From contig PMES01000031.1 in the NCBI GenBank assembly GCA_003154775.1, positions 4,334 to 68,333 of the forward strand: a stretch of 64,000 bases of DNA, given 5' to 3'. Numbering within the stretch: the first letter of the stretch is position 1; the number at the start of each line of letters is the position of its first letter. This DNA is from Acidobacteriota bacterium (GTDB lineage: Bacteria > Acidobacteriota > Terriglobia > Acidiferrales > UBA7541). A model generated the notes under the pieces. The model was not told where the DNA came from, ran no database searches, and saw nothing but the letters and a program-made list of their open reading frames with translations. This document shows positions 40,749 to 51,670 of the stretch, piece after piece. Both the position numbers and the translations under genes were made by a program.

Positions 40749-41098
40749 GCCCCGATCTGGTTTTTACAAGTGGGCCGCAAAAAGGCAGATTCAGCGCACG
40801 AAAGGCGTGCGATGGAGAAGAGTGCATCGCGAAAAAAACAGGCGTGGAGGAGAGTTCCTCGCGCCATTCAAAAAGCGACCAGCTCCCGGAATGACATTGG
40901 CGGAAAATGATTCCCGCGGGCACGGCCGAGCGTGCCGGCAATGAAGGCGGCGGGTGGGTGCAGAGCGGAAGGCGTCCCGAGGCCCTCAACTCCCCGGGCG
41001 GCCCTGCATAATCCCGCCCAGAGACAGCCTTACCGAGCGAGGCAAGGTTGCAGCCTCAGTGAGAATTTCCTGATGTGTGGCAAGCCCTTCGCTAGCTA

Positions 41099-41560
41099 CT
41101 ATTTCGCGGCCGTGGCACCCATAACCCGGATCTTGAACCAGATCGTGCCAGACGGGTAGAGCGTATCGCGAAACTGTGCGCTCTGGTCATCGCCGGGCCC
41201 GATGGTGATGGGGATCTTGCCTTGGTTGACGAGCAAAACCCGATTCTCCGCCCCGATATAAGTCGTCTCGTACGCGATATTGCTGTAGGTGAGCTCCGCC
41301 GATGAGTTCTTAATGTCCACCGACCACATTGCGGTCGTGCCGCTGAAATCTTTATCCATCTTGGCGCTCACTACCCGCAAGTCGTGGACTGGATCGGCCT
41401 TCACGTTGGTGAGCGTTGCAACGGGGGCCGGGCCTTTCGCGCTGCGCTTTGAAGTCACGTAGATCAGCGCCACCACTGCTAGGACCACAACTATCCCAAT
41501 GCCGACCCACAGTCCCGTATTGCTGCCTTGTTGCTCCTGCTTTAGAGGTGACTCAAACAT
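41099..41560 (-). CDS. Hypothetical single-pass membrane protein with periplasmic beta-sandwich domain
   Basis: TM segment GLWVGIGIVVVLAVVALIYV followed by a beta-rich domain; start at ATG 41560. Confidence 0.7.
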   Translation of the reverse strand: MFESPLKQEQQGSNTGLWVGIGIVVVLAVVALIYVTSKRSAKGPAPVATLTNVKADPVHDLRVVSAKMDKDFSGTTAMWSVDIKNSSAELTYSNIAYETTYIGAENRVLLVNQGKIPITIGPGDDQSAQFRDTLYPSGTIWFKIRVMGATAAK

Positions 41561-42133
41561 AGTAGTAACCGGAATATCCGGTTTAGACCTCCGGTGCCTC
41601 AGCGTACTCTTTTCCTGCCGAGGACACAACGAGATTTCCACGCCAGCAAGTCCCAGCGAAATCAGCGGAACTCCGACGGTTCGTTCTGCCCGATGACTTT
41701 CTCCAGAGCGAGTCACTCATTCACTCGCGCATCAGAATCAGACCACCATCGGGAGTCACTCGCGCCCACGGGAAATCGACCTTCAAGGAAGCATTGAATG
41801 AAATTTGCAGGGGGTGATTGTGTTTTTCGCCCATTGGATGCGTATTTTCAGGGCGTCCTCATCACATTGAAACCCGCATAAACACAGGGGCGGCGCGCGG
41901 CATAAACATCGTTGGAAAGAGTTCATCCCGGAAATGCGGGTAAGGTACTTCGTGACGCGCTGACTGACGCGGTCCCGAGTTACCGCTGCGCTCCTGTGGT
42001 ATTCTTGATACGCTGGTTCTTGGCGTTCTAGCGCTCGCTTTCGCTGGAAACACACCGAACCGCCGATTCATTGCAAGCCGCGCTCCTTCCAGCACGCGGG
42101 AGGAGTCACTGAAAGACGGGGGTAAGTCGCACG

Positions 42134-44005
42134 ATGTCCACGCTCATGGATGTTCCCGCGGGGAAAACAAAACGCGAAGTCATTGATCAGGCGGTGATCC
42201 GTTTCGCCGGGGATTCGGGCGATGGCATGCAGATCACTGGCAGCCAGTTTACAAACACGGTGGCGCTTTATGGAAACGATATTGCCACTTTTCCGGACTA
42301 TCCGGCGGAGATTCGCGCTCCTGCCGGCACCGTTCCGGGCGTGAGCGGCTTCCAGTTGAATTTTTCCTCGGAGGAAGTGCATACCCCGGGCGACTCCATC
42401 GATGTATTGATCGCCATGAATCCGGCGGCCTTAAAGGTGAATGTTGGCGACCTGAAGGCGAACGGCATCGCCATCATCAACTCCGACAGCTTCAAGGAAG
42501 GCGACCTGCGCAAGGCGCACCTGACCAGCAATCCCCTGGAGGACCATTCGCTCGACAAATTCCGCGTCTTTCCCGTGGAATTGCAGCGTCTGACGCGTTC
42601 GGCCCTGCAGCATCTGGGTCTCGACGCCAAAGCCATGGACCGTTGCAAGAACTTCTTTGCGCTGGGCATGTGCTACTGGCTGTACAACCGCTCGATGGAG
42701 CCGACGGTCCGCTGGATCGATGACAAGTTCAAGAAGAAACCGCTGCTGGCAGAGGCCAACAAGCTGGCGTTGAAGGCCGGCTATTCCTATTGCGAAGCCA
42801 CCGAAGCGTTTCAGATCAGCTATGAGATACCGCCGGCGCAGCTTTCTCCCGGGTTGTACCGCAATTTGAGCGGCAATCAAGCCCTGGCGCTTGGGTTTGT
42901 CACGGCGGCGAAGAAAGCCGGTCTCACGTTGTTCCTGGGCAGTTATCCGATTACGCCCGCTTCGGATATCCTGCACGAGCTTTCGCAGTACAAGGACTTC
43001 GGAGTGCTGACCTTCCAGGCGGAAGATGAAATCGCGGCGATTACTTCCTCGATTGGCGCTTCCTACGCAGGATCGCTGGCCATCACCACCACTTCCGGCC
43101 CCGGGATGGCGTTGAAGACGGAAGCCCTGGGACTCGCGGTGATGACGGAGCTTCCGCTGGTGATTTGTAATATCCAGCGTGGCGGCCCTTCTACCGGTCT
43201 GCCCACGAAAACCGAGCAGGCCGACCTGCTGCAGGCGCTGTTTGGGCGCAATTCCGAAGCGCCCATTCCCGTACTTGCGGCCGCGACGCCCGGGGATTGT
43301 TTCTGGATCGCCGTGGAAGCCAGCCGCATTGCGTTGAAGTACATGGTGCCGGTGATTATTCTCTCGGACGGCTACCTGGCCAACGGTGCGGAGCCCTGGC
43401 GCATCCCCAGCGTTGACGAAATTCCAGGGTTCCCCGTGCGTTTCGCTACGGATCCCGAAGGATTTCTGCCCTACAAGCGCGACCCGGAGACGCTGGCGCG
43501 GCCTTGGGCCATTCCGGGAACACCCGGGCTGGAACATCGCATCGGCGGTCTGGAGAAACAGGACGTCACGGGGAACATAAACTACGAGCCGCTGAATCAC
43601 GAGAAGATGGTGCGAATTCGGGCGGCCAAAATTGACGCCATTGTCCAGGATGTGCCGAATGTGCTGCCCAGCGGCGACCCGGAAGGCGACCTGCTCCTCG
43701 TTTCCTGGGGCTCGACGTATGGTTCGATCACGCAAGCGGTGAAGGCGGAGCGCGCCAAGGGCCGCAAGCTCGGCCACCTGCACTTGCGCTACTTGAATCC
43801 ATTGCCAGCCAACCTCGGCGACGTTTTGAAGCGCTATCGCAAGGTTTTGGTGCCGGAACTCAACATGGGACAACTCCTCTGGGTACTGCGCGCGAAATAT
43901 CTGGTGGACGCCGTGGGTTTGAACAAAATTCAGGGGCGTCCCTTCAAACAGAACGAGCTTGAACAAAAAATCGAAGAAATGCTGGGACGCCAGGAGGCGC
44001 GATGA
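42134..44005 (+). CDS. korA: 2-oxoacid:acceptor oxidoreductase alpha subunit
   Basis: RFAGDSGDGMQ, YPITPAS, QAEDEIAA, TSGPG and QRGGPSTGLPTKTEQ. Confidence 0.95.
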   Translation: MSTLMDVPAGKTKREVIDQAVIRFAGDSGDGMQITGSQFTNTVALYGNDIATFPDYPAEIRAPAGTVPGVSGFQLNFSSEEVHTPGDSIDVLIAMNPAALKVNVGDLKANGIAIINSDSFKEGDLRKAHLTSNPLEDHSLDKFRVFPVELQRLTRSALQHLGLDAKAMDRCKNFFALGMCYWLYNRSMEPTVRWIDDKFKKKPLLAEANKLALKAGYSYCEATEAFQISYEIPPAQLSPGLYRNLSGNQALALGFVTAAKKAGLTLFLGSYPITPASDILHELSQYKDFGVLTFQAEDEIAAITSSIGASYAGSLAITTTSGPGMALKTEALGLAVMTELPLVICNIQRGGPSTGLPTKTEQADLLQALFGRNSEAPIPVLAAATPGDCFWIAVEASRIALKYMVPVIILSDGYLANGAEPWRIPSVDEIPGFPVRFATDPEGFLPYKRDPETLARPWAIPGTPGLEHRIGGLEKQDVTGNINYEPLNHEKMVRIRAAKIDAIVQDVPNVLPSGDPEGDLLLVSWGSTYGSITQAVKAERAKGRKLGHLHLRYLNPLPANLGDVLKRYRKVLVPELNMGQLLWVLRAKYLVDAVGLNKIQGRPFKQNELEQKIEEMLGRQEAR

Positions 44006-45030
44006 CGACCACAGCTCTTCCGCCACTCACAAAGAAAGATTTCCAGACGGACCAGGAAGTCCGCTGGTGCCCGGGATGCGGCGACTACGCGATCCTCGCC
44101 GCCGTGCAAGCCATTTTCCCGGAGCTCGGCGTGCCCCGCGAGAATTTTGTCGTGGTCTCCGGCATCGGCTGCTCCAGCCGCTTCCCGTATTACATGAACA
44201 CGTACGGGTTTCACTCCATCCACGGCCGCGCTCCTGCGGTGGCCTCCGGCATCAAGATCGCGCATCCGGAATTGGAAGTCTGGGTGGCCACCGGCGATGG
44301 AGATGCTCTGGCCATTGGCGGGAATCACACCATTCACATGCTGCGGCGGAACGTCGGCATCAAGGTGCTGCTGTTCAACAACCGCATCTATGGTTTGACG
44401 AAAGGCCAGTACTCGCCCACCTCGGAATTTCACAAGGTCACGAAGTCCACTCCCTTCGGCTCGCCGGACCGGCCGTTCAATCCCGTGTCATTGGCGATCG
44501 GCGCGGAAGCAACCTTTGTGGCGCGTGCCGTGGATGTGTTTCAGGCGCAGTTGAAAGACACGTTGAAGGCTGCGGCGGCCCACAAGGGTTCCGCGTTCAT
44601 CGAGATTCTGCAGAATTGCAACATTTTTAATGATGGCGCATGGCTCGGCTTGACGGAAAAAGATGCGCGCAGCGAACACGTCATGCAACTGGAGCACGGG
44701 AAGCCTCTCGTGTTCGGCAAGAATCGCGACAAGGGCATCCGCCGCAAGTCCGACGGCGACATCGAGGTCGTGCCGCTCGGCAATGGCATCACGGAATCGG
44801 ACCTGATCGTGCATGATGCGCATCACCCGCGGCCATCCTACGCTTTCCTGCTTTCGCACATGGAGCATCGCCCTGGTTTCCCCACCCCCATCGGCGTGTT
44901 TCGCGCCTGGGACGATCTGCCGCGCTACGAGGATGTCATCAACGACCAGGTGCGCGAAGTCATCGCCAAGAAGGGCCCGGGGGATCTGAACCGGCTGCTG
45001 CAAGCAGGCGATACCTGGGAAGTGAAGTAG
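44002..45030 (+). CDS. korB: 2-oxoacid:ferredoxin oxidoreductase beta subunit
   Basis: WCPGCGD, SGIGCSS, TPP motif GDGD..AIGGNH and NNRIYGLTKGQYSPT. Confidence 0.95.
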   Translation: MTTTALPPLTKKDFQTDQEVRWCPGCGDYAILAAVQAIFPELGVPRENFVVVSGIGCSSRFPYYMNTYGFHSIHGRAPAVASGIKIAHPELEVWVATGDGDALAIGGNHTIHMLRRNVGIKVLLFNNRIYGLTKGQYSPTSEFHKVTKSTPFGSPDRPFNPVSLAIGAEATFVARAVDVFQAQLKDTLKAAAAHKGSAFIEILQNCNIFNDGAWLGLTEKDARSEHVMQLEHGKPLVFGKNRDKGIRRKSDGDIEVVPLGNGITESDLIVHDAHHPRPSYAFLLSHMEHRPGFPTPIGVFRAWDDLPRYEDVINDQVREVIAKKGPGDLNRLLQAGDTWEVK

Positions 45031-45262
45031 GCGAAATCTCCGCTCATATATGGGCAACGTGCAGCATCTTCTTGGGTCTCTGCTGCCCTATCTCAGTCCG
45101 TCCCTCTCACTAGCAAGACGGCCGCACCGTTTTTGCCGTACTCGCGATCATCTTTTTTCATGGCGCTTGGAAGCAATTCCTTACCCATTCACGATAAAAT
45201 GGGCTGCGCGTGAAACCAACCGCTGCTGGCTACATCTAAGGTGCAGTGGTCGGCCTTGAGCC

Positions 45263-46630
45263 ATGGATCAGAGTCCCAAACTTATTCCGTTTTCGCTGCT
45301 CGGAGAAGCCGATCCCGTGCCTGCGACGGCTTATGTAACGGAGCCCAAGCAAGCGGAAACACTCGCCCTCCTGTACGAGCTCAGTCATGAAATCACGTCC
45401 ATCCTGGACCGCAGCGAACTCTTGCGGCTGATCGCGGAACGGGTCAAGAAGTTGGTGGACTATGACGTTTTCACCGTCATGCTTTGGAACGAGTCCACAC
45501 AAGTGCTGGAAAGCGTTTTTGCCATGCGCTTCGAGGACGCCATCCCTTCTCGCATGAGCATACCCTTGCATCAAGGCATCACCGGAAGCGCGGCGGCGGA
45601 GCGCCGGACCATCCGTGTGATTGACGTGCGCCTGGACCCGCGCTACCTGCAGGGCGAAGCGGATGTGGAGGTGCGCTCGGAACTGGTCGTGCCCCTGCTT
45701 CGGCAGGACCGCCTGGTAGGCGTGCTGGATCTGGAAAGCACGGTGCCGAATGCTTTTACGGTCGAGCATGAACGCCTTCTAAATATCCTGGGTTCCTACG
45801 TTGCCGTGGCCCTCGAAAATGCGTGTTTGTTTGAAGAATCGCGGCAGAACCAGCTTCGCCTGCAGAATGACCTGGAGACCGCCAGGGAGATTCAGCGGCA
45901 ACTTCTTCCCAGTGGCGCGCGCGATGTGCCCGGGCTGGACCTGGCGACCGCCTATGTTCCGGCGCGGGAACTCGGCGGGGATTTCTACGATTTACTGCCG
46001 TTTGGCGTGGGGCGCCTGGCCATTGCCATCGGGGATGTCTCCGGAAAGGGTACAGCGGCCGCGCTGTACGGTTCGCTGGCCATCGGCATCCTGCGCGAGC
46101 TTGTCGTTGATCGGGAGGCAACTCCCGCTGAAATGCTCAGGCTTCTCAATGGCAGGCTGCTGGCCGCGCGACTGGATGCCCGCTTTATTGCCATGCATTT
46201 TGCGATTTACGATGCGGCTCTGCGCGAGCTGAGCATCGCGAACGCCGGAGGCACTTTGCCGTTGCTGATTCGCGGCGGCGAAGTCACGGAAATTGATGTT
46301 CGGGGAGTACCTCTTGGGTTGTTGCCCAACACCGAATATGACGAGGTCCGGCTCTCGCTAAAGCCGGGCGACATCGTGGTTTTTGCCTCGGACGGTGTCC
46401 ATGAGTCCATGAATACTGATCTTGAGGAGTTTGGGTCCGATCGATTGAAGAGCCTTTTGGCCGGGGTTGCGATCGCGGACCCGGCTTATACGATTGCGCA
46501 GCGCATCGTGAAGGCCACGGACGAGCACGCGGGTGTCGGCCGCCCGCCTCATGATGACCGTACGCTGCTGATTCTGCGCGTAACCGATGAAGGCGCCGCC
46601 GACTTCTCCAAATTGCCGATTATTTACTAG
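45263..46630 (+). CDS. GAF-PP2C (SpoIIE/RsbU-like) phosphatase
   Basis: GAF motifs (RSELVVPL, GVLDLES) and SpoIIE motifs (LGGDFYD, GDVSGKG, SDGVHE, DDRT). Confidence 0.9.
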   Translation: MDQSPKLIPFSLLGEADPVPATAYVTEPKQAETLALLYELSHEITSILDRSELLRLIAERVKKLVDYDVFTVMLWNESTQVLESVFAMRFEDAIPSRMSIPLHQGITGSAAAERRTIRVIDVRLDPRYLQGEADVEVRSELVVPLLRQDRLVGVLDLESTVPNAFTVEHERLLNILGSYVAVALENACLFEESRQNQLRLQNDLETAREIQRQLLPSGARDVPGLDLATAYVPARELGGDFYDLLPFGVGRLAIAIGDVSGKGTAAALYGSLAIGILRELVVDREATPAEMLRLLNGRLLAARLDARFIAMHFAIYDAALRELSIANAGGTLPLLIRGGEVTEIDVRGVPLGLLPNTEYDEVRLSLKPGDIVVFASDGVHESMNTDLEEFGSDRLKSLLAGVAIADPAYTIAQRIVKATDEHAGVGRPPHDDRTLLILRVTDEGAADFSKLPIIY

Positions 46631-47873
46631 CCGTCTCCAGTTGCTTTTCCCCGTTCAGCACGGGCAGCCACTCTTCGCGCACCCCGGCAAACTCGGGCAT
46701 GTTCTTTTTGGAAACGGGGTCCGATGGCGGCAGGCCCAGCCTCTCAAAATTCTTGAATTGGCCCTTCTGCATGATGCGGAAATCGAGATGGGGACCGGTT
46801 GCCAGGCCGGTCATACCCACCAAACCGATGGTCTTGCCGATTTCCACGTGCTCGCCGGGATGCACGAACATCCTGGACAAGTGGAGATACATCGTTTCGT
46901 AGCCATTGGAATGGACGATGTGCACCATGTTGCCGTCGCCGCCTTTGCGGCCGGCGAAAACCACTCGTCCACTCCCGATGGTCTGTACGGGTGTGCCAAC
47001 AGGTGCGCCGTAATCGGTGCCCAGGTGAGGGCGGTAGGTCTTCAGAATCGGATGGAAGCGCGACTGGCTGAAGTGTGACGTCACGGGCGCCCCAAACTTC
47101 AGCGGCGACCTCAGGAAGGCCTTCTGAAGGCTTTTGCCGTCCGCCGTATAGTAGGCGGGGCGGCCTTCGGGATCATGAAAGAGCAGCGCCTGATACTTCC
47201 TGCCGTCATTGATATATTCGGCGGCGAGGATCTTGCCGTATCCCGCGGTTTCACCATTAGCGTATTTGCGCTTCTCCATCACGATGCGGAAAGTGTCGCC
47301 CCTGCGCGCATCGGTGTAGAAATCCAGGTCGTACCCAAAAATCTGCGCCAGCCGCATGGCCACTTCGGCGCTTTCGCCTGTTTCTTCGACGGCGTTGAAC
47401 AGCGAATCCTCCAGCTTGCCGCTGACGATCGCGACTTCCGAGCGCACCGGAATTTCGCGAACTTCGGCGGCAAAGCCCGGCGTCTGCGGCACGATGTGCA
47501 GCACGCGCTCGGCGTTAATTTTGTAGTCGATTTCGCGCAGACTTCCTTCCACGGAGCGCCCCACGGTGATCGTATTCCCGGCCCTCACTTGACGCAGATT
47601 GAAGGCGCGTTGCGCGGCCGCGGTCGCATCCGCTGCTTCAGCAGCAGACAAACCGAACTGCGCCAGCATTCCGGCAAAATTTTCGCCGCTGGGCATCTTC
47701 TTCGCGGTGGGAAGCACCAATTCCGCGCGCATTCGTGCACATTCGGCTTTGGCCAATTCCATTTGGCGCTGCGATTCTTTTGCAGCGCTTACGTTTTTGT
47801 TGATCGCGTAGCCATCAACGATAATTCCGGCCGCGAGAAGTACTGCCGTCCCCATCAAAAATCGTCGGTTCAC
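46620..47873 (-). CDS. M23 family metallo-endopeptidase (MepM-like)
   Basis: HLGTDY (HxxxD) and TGPHLDF (HxH), with OapA/Csd3-like N-terminal region. Confidence 0.92.
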   Translation of the reverse strand: MNRRFLMGTAVLLAAGIIVDGYAINKNVSAAKESQRQMELAKAECARMRAELVLPTAKKMPSGENFAGMLAQFGLSAAEAADATAAAQRAFNLRQVRAGNTITVGRSVEGSLREIDYKINAERVLHIVPQTPGFAAEVREIPVRSEVAIVSGKLEDSLFNAVEETGESAEVAMRLAQIFGYDLDFYTDARRGDTFRIVMEKRKYANGETAGYGKILAAEYINDGRKYQALLFHDPEGRPAYYTADGKSLQKAFLRSPLKFGAPVTSHFSQSRFHPILKTYRPHLGTDYGAPVGTPVQTIGSGRVVFAGRKGGDGNMVHIVHSNGYETMYLHLSRMFVHPGEHVEIGKTIGLVGMTGLATGPHLDFRIMQKGQFKNFERLGLPPSDPVSKKNMPEFAGVREEWLPVLNGEKQLETASK

Positions 47874-48173
47874 TGCTCCCCCAAGATGCTCTTCTCGATT
47901 GGTCGGTGCGCGCAGGGCAGACCGGCGCGCCGTGCCCGAACTTACGAGAATACCGCACGCTTACCTTTTGTCCTAAACCGGGGTGCAGGTCAAATCAATG
48001 TCGCGAGAGGTGCGCTCAATCAACCAAGGGTCTTTCCGCGAGATTCGCAGAGCCGCGTGCGCAAATTCACCCGCTACAACCGTAAGCCGTTGTTTTAAGT
48101 CCTTTATATTCAATCTGCGCAATCACGGGATCGTGGCATCCAGCGTGCCATCAACAGTTTAGGGGGAATTCTG

Positions 48174-48395
48174 ATGATCGCGCTGGAAGTTCATCCCGAA
48201 ATTCACGTTCGCGAGCTGCGCGCGCGCCCGGCTTTTTCCTCGTGCCATGAATGCCACCGGAGTTGCCACGCGAAGAGCGAAGACCAGTTGTGCCTGGAGC
48301 TCTGCGATTCCTGCTTTGACGCCACGCGCCAGCTTCGCGAACCCGTCATCAGAGCGCACGTGAAACCGCGCCCCTGCCGCCCCGTCTCCCTGTAA
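48174..48395 (+). CDS. Small Cys-rich hypothetical protein (73 aa)
   Basis: AGGGGG RBS; CHECH...C...CLELCDSC. Confidence 0.5.
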   Translation: MIALEVHPEIHVRELRARPAFSSCHECHRSCHAKSEDQLCLELCDSCFDATRQLREPVIRAHVKPRPCRPVSL

Positions 48396-48451
48396 CAACA
48401 CACCTCCAGCGGGCGTTGTCTGCAACGCGCTCCGAGTTTCTCTAAACCTGA

Positions 48452-49591
48452 TTATTTGCCCGTGGAATTTGCCGGGATGGAAGTTCCCTTGGGACCGTCC
48501 GTGAAGTAATTCTGCTCGCGCAATCTCCGGTAAATGTGACCTGCCACCTGCGCCGCCGTGGGGCCCTTCACCCGCCGCGTATTCCCGCGGAGCAACACGG
48601 CCAGGGCAATCTTCGGGTGCGTCTCATCGGCATAACTCACGAACCAGCCGATGCGCGAAGGAGTGGTGTTGTGGTCATCGCAGGTGCCGGTCTTGCCAAG
48701 AGGCGTTTCGTTCCCGCCAGCGTCATAGCTGAGGCGGCCCGTGCCGTACAGGACGGCGGCGAGCATGCCTTCGCGCACTTCCGGGAGAACATTGGAAATA
48801 TTCAGATCCCGCTTCACGCGCGGGGCGAAATTATCAATCTCTTCCTGCGAATGCGGATACTGCAGATAGTAGAGCGTGCCGCCATTGGCAAACGCGGCAC
48901 CCAGCGCTGCCAACTGCAACGGCGTGATCTGAATACCTTCACCGAAACTCGACATGCGCGCCACACCGCCATAGGCCGGCGGCTGCATAGGGAACGATCC
49001 CGGATGCTCATCGGGTAGGTTGTAACCCGCAAGTTCACCCAGGCCCAGCAAGCGGCCGTACTTCGAGACGGTGTCAAAGCCCATGCGGCGGCCGAGTTCC
49101 TCAAAGAACGAATTATTGGAGTGCGCCAGGGCTTCCGTCAGGTTCATGTATTTGCGGCGGCCCACCTTCAACATGGTGTCGCGGGTGATCACGTTCTCTT
49201 CGAGAGCGGCGATGGCAATCGTGGGCTTGATCGTCGAGCAAGGAATGTAGCCGTCGCTGAAGGCAATCTTCTGATTCACGATGGTGAGGATGCGGCCGGT
49301 GTTTGGGTCCACGGCGACGACGGAACCGTTATAGCGGCCCAACCCCTCGACAACGGCCTGCCGCACGACGGGATCGTCGAATGTGGGATCATCGTCGCGC
49401 ACGGAATCCGCATAGGTGGGCACGCCGCGATAACGCGCGGCCACGTGGCGTGTGCGTGCGCTGGATTTCGATTTTGATTTCGTGGATGTGCTTTCGATCG
49501 GCTGGCCGGAAGATTCCGCGGCAGGCAGCGGCACGCCTAGCGTTACGCCCAGGCACGCCACCATCACAATTTTCCCAAATTCGCGGATCAT
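48452..49591 (-). CDS. Penicillin-binding transpeptidase-domain protein (short, no dimerisation domain)
   Basis: SxxK (STIK), SxN (SNN) and KTG motifs; N-terminal signal peptide or anchor. Confidence 0.88.
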   Translation of the reverse strand: MIREFGKIVMVACLGVTLGVPLPAAESSGQPIESTSTKSKSKSSARTRHVAARYRGVPTYADSVRDDDPTFDDPVVRQAVVEGLGRYNGSVVAVDPNTGRILTIVNQKIAFSDGYIPCSTIKPTIAIAALEENVITRDTMLKVGRRKYMNLTEALAHSNNSFFEELGRRMGFDTVSKYGRLLGLGELAGYNLPDEHPGSFPMQPPAYGGVARMSSFGEGIQITPLQLAALGAAFANGGTLYYLQYPHSQEEIDNFAPRVKRDLNISNVLPEVREGMLAAVLYGTGRLSYDAGGNETPLGKTGTCDDHNTTPSRIGWFVSYADETHPKIALAVLLRGNTRRVKGPTAAQVAGHIYRRLREQNYFTDGPKGTSIPANSTGK

Positions 49592-49980
49592 TCGGCCCTT
49601 ATCCCTGGTCAGTCTCAGTAGTTCTAGGAGGCGTGCACCTAAATTTACTCCACGTACACGTCCCGGTCAACTTCCGTCCATTGACGCATGCGCGATGCCA
49701 GCCTTTCCGATGGTTCATAACAATCAAGTTATCGCTGGCAAATCGAGCGCTTCTCATCTGTGAGCTGAACAGCACTCGCAGACTGTGACGTAGTGTACGC
49801 AGACGGGGGATGCCCTGACAATAGATAACTCGGCCCAGTACGCCTCTATGTGCTTTGTTTTGAAAGCCTGACCGACGGGACAGCACACCCTGCCCGAGTG
49901 TCCCTCCCACAGGAGTGCCTGCCTGTCCGCGGAACGCCGTGGGCACGGCACGTTGCAATTTGCTTCACGCGTCAGAAATA

Positions 49981-50015
49981 GAAGCGGACGGGAAGACTCG
50001 CCCTCCTCCCGCCCG
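49981..50015 (-). terminator. Possible intrinsic terminator after recA
   Basis: Minus strand GGGCGGGAG...CTTCCCGTCC stem followed by GCTTCTATTT; the U-tract is weak. Confidence 0.35.
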
Positions 50016-50041
50016 GTTCGTCTTACCCGAAACAATCTTTC

Positions 50042-51160
50042 TTAGCGTGCCGGCCGTGCTTTTGCGTCTCCAACTGCGGCAGCGGCAGCCGCAGCCTTCA
50101 CCGGAGGCTTATCCGTGGCAACGTTTGCGCTGCCATTGGCGCCCGCCGTCGCGGCGGTTTGCCAGGGGGTGGGAATTCCCATGTTCTTGCGCAAGGCATT
50201 TTCGAGCTTATCGCGGATGTCCTTGTTCTCGCGCAGGAAGACGCGGGCGTTCTCGCGGCCCTGGCCCATTCTTTCGCCGCCATAGCTCAGCCACGTTCCG
50301 GACTTTTCGATCAAGCCCTTGTCCACGCCGAGGTCGATCAGGTCACCTTCGCGCGAAATGCCTTCGCCGTACAGAATGTCGAACTCCGCTTCGCGGAATG
50401 GCGCAGCCACCTTGTTCTTCACCACTTTCCCGCGGGTGCGCGAACCAACCACGCGGTCGCCTTCCTTGATCGCCTGGATGCGCCGGATATCCACGCGCAT
50501 GGAGGCATAAAACTTCAGCGCGCGCCCGCCGGTCGTTGTTTCCGGGTTGCCAAACATCACGCCGATTTTTTCGCGGATCTGGTTGATGAAAATCAGGCAG
50601 GTTTTTGACTTGGAGACAATGCCAGTAAGCTTCCGTAGCGCTTGCGACATCAGGCGTGCTTGAAGACCCATTTGCGGGTCACCCATGTCGCCTTCGAGTT
50701 CGGCCTTGGGCACCAACGCGGCAACGGAGTCCACCACAACCACGTCCACGCCGCCCGAGCGGATCAGTGTTTCCACGATTTCCAGGGCCTGCTCGCCGTT
50801 GTCCGGCTGGGACACCAGCAGATTGTCCACGTCCACGCCCAGCTTGCGCGCGTAGTTCGGATCGAGCGCATGCTCCGCGTCGATGAACGCGGCCTGCCCG
50901 CCCAATTTCTGCGCTTCGGCGATGATATGCAGCGTCAGTGTCGTCTTACCGCCCGCTTCCGGCCCGTACACCTCGCTTACACGTCCTCGCGGGAATCCGC
51001 CCACGCCGAGAGCCGCGTCCAGCGACAAACAGCCCGATGGAATCACGTTCACCGGCACCAGCACATCTTTGCTGCCCAGCCGCATGATCGAACCCTTACC
51101 GTGGGTCTTCTCGATTTGCGCGATTGCTGCTTCTAACAGTTTTGCCCGTTCATCTGACAT
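50042..51160 (-). CDS. recA: Recombinase RecA
   Basis: [38 protein letters not shown] and GGRALKFY. Confidence 0.98.
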   Translation of the reverse strand: MSDERAKLLEAAIAQIEKTHGKGSIMRLGSKDVLVPVNVIPSGCLSLDAALGVGGFPRGRVSEVYGPEAGGKTTLTLHIIAEAQKLGGQAAFIDAEHALDPNYARKLGVDVDNLLVSQPDNGEQALEIVETLIRSGGVDVVVVDSVAALVPKAELEGDMGDPQMGLQARLMSQALRKLTGIVSKSKTCLIFINQIREKIGVMFGNPETTTGGRALKFYASMRVDIRRIQAIKEGDRVVGSRTRGKVVKNKVAAPFREAEFDILYGEGISREGDLIDLGVDKGLIEKSGTWLSYGGERMGQGRENARVFLRENKDIRDKLENALRKNMGIPTPWQTAATAGANGSANVATDKPPVKAAAAAAAVGDAKARPAR

Positions 51161-51354
51161 TTCACACCTCGGTGGAGGAAATTAGGATACTCGCGAATAG
51201 GTCTTTCGGGGGCATTTGCAAGCGGGCGCCGCGAACTGCGCCGCGGCTTCTCCAGATACGTTACGAGAGCGGTATATTACCACTTCGTATCTGAGAATGC
51301 TACCCCTACTTCCCTTCCGCCCTTCGCCGGCCTATACCGGCAAAGGTTCGCCCT

Positions 51355-51558
51355 TCAACGGTTGCAGCCATGCTCCAGTTCATGATCCACCAGACTCGCC
51401 AACGCCCGCTGCTCCCGGCGGTCCCACTCGGCCTGTTCTTCCCGGGAGATCGAGCGCAAGCGTGTCAGGTACTGCCCTCGTGTGCGGACCTCGAGCAACT
51501 CAAATTCGAGTCTCTCATGCTCCACACAGCTTAGAACATCGCATCGCGTCTGGGTCAT
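51355..51558 (-). CDS. Small helical Cys/His protein (67 aa), putatively SOS-regulated
   Basis: AGGTGG RBS; CxxH (CVEH) and HxxxHxC (HELEHGC); directly downstream of a LexA-boxed promoter. Confidence 0.7.
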   Translation of the reverse strand: MTQTRCDVLSCVEHERLEFELLEVRTRGQYLTRLRSISREEQAEWDRREQRALASLVDHELEHGCNR

Positions 51559-51602
51559 GGGCCACCTGTTGAAAACTGCTGGTGGTACAGTAGCCCAAAG
51601 GC

Positions 51603-51647
51603 GAACAAAAAGCAAACACTATGTTCGCTTTGTATTCTCCCTGTCAA
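51603..51647 (-). promoter_or_regulatory. Promoter with two LexA boxes upstream of the small ORF and recA
   Basis: Plus strand GAAC-N7-AAAC (51603-51617) and GTTC-GCTTTGT-ATTC (51623-51637); minus strand TTGACA (51647-51642)-18 bp-CATAGT. Confidence 0.82.
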
Positions 51648-51670
51648 CCTGGCTGCTTTGGGAGGAGGCC

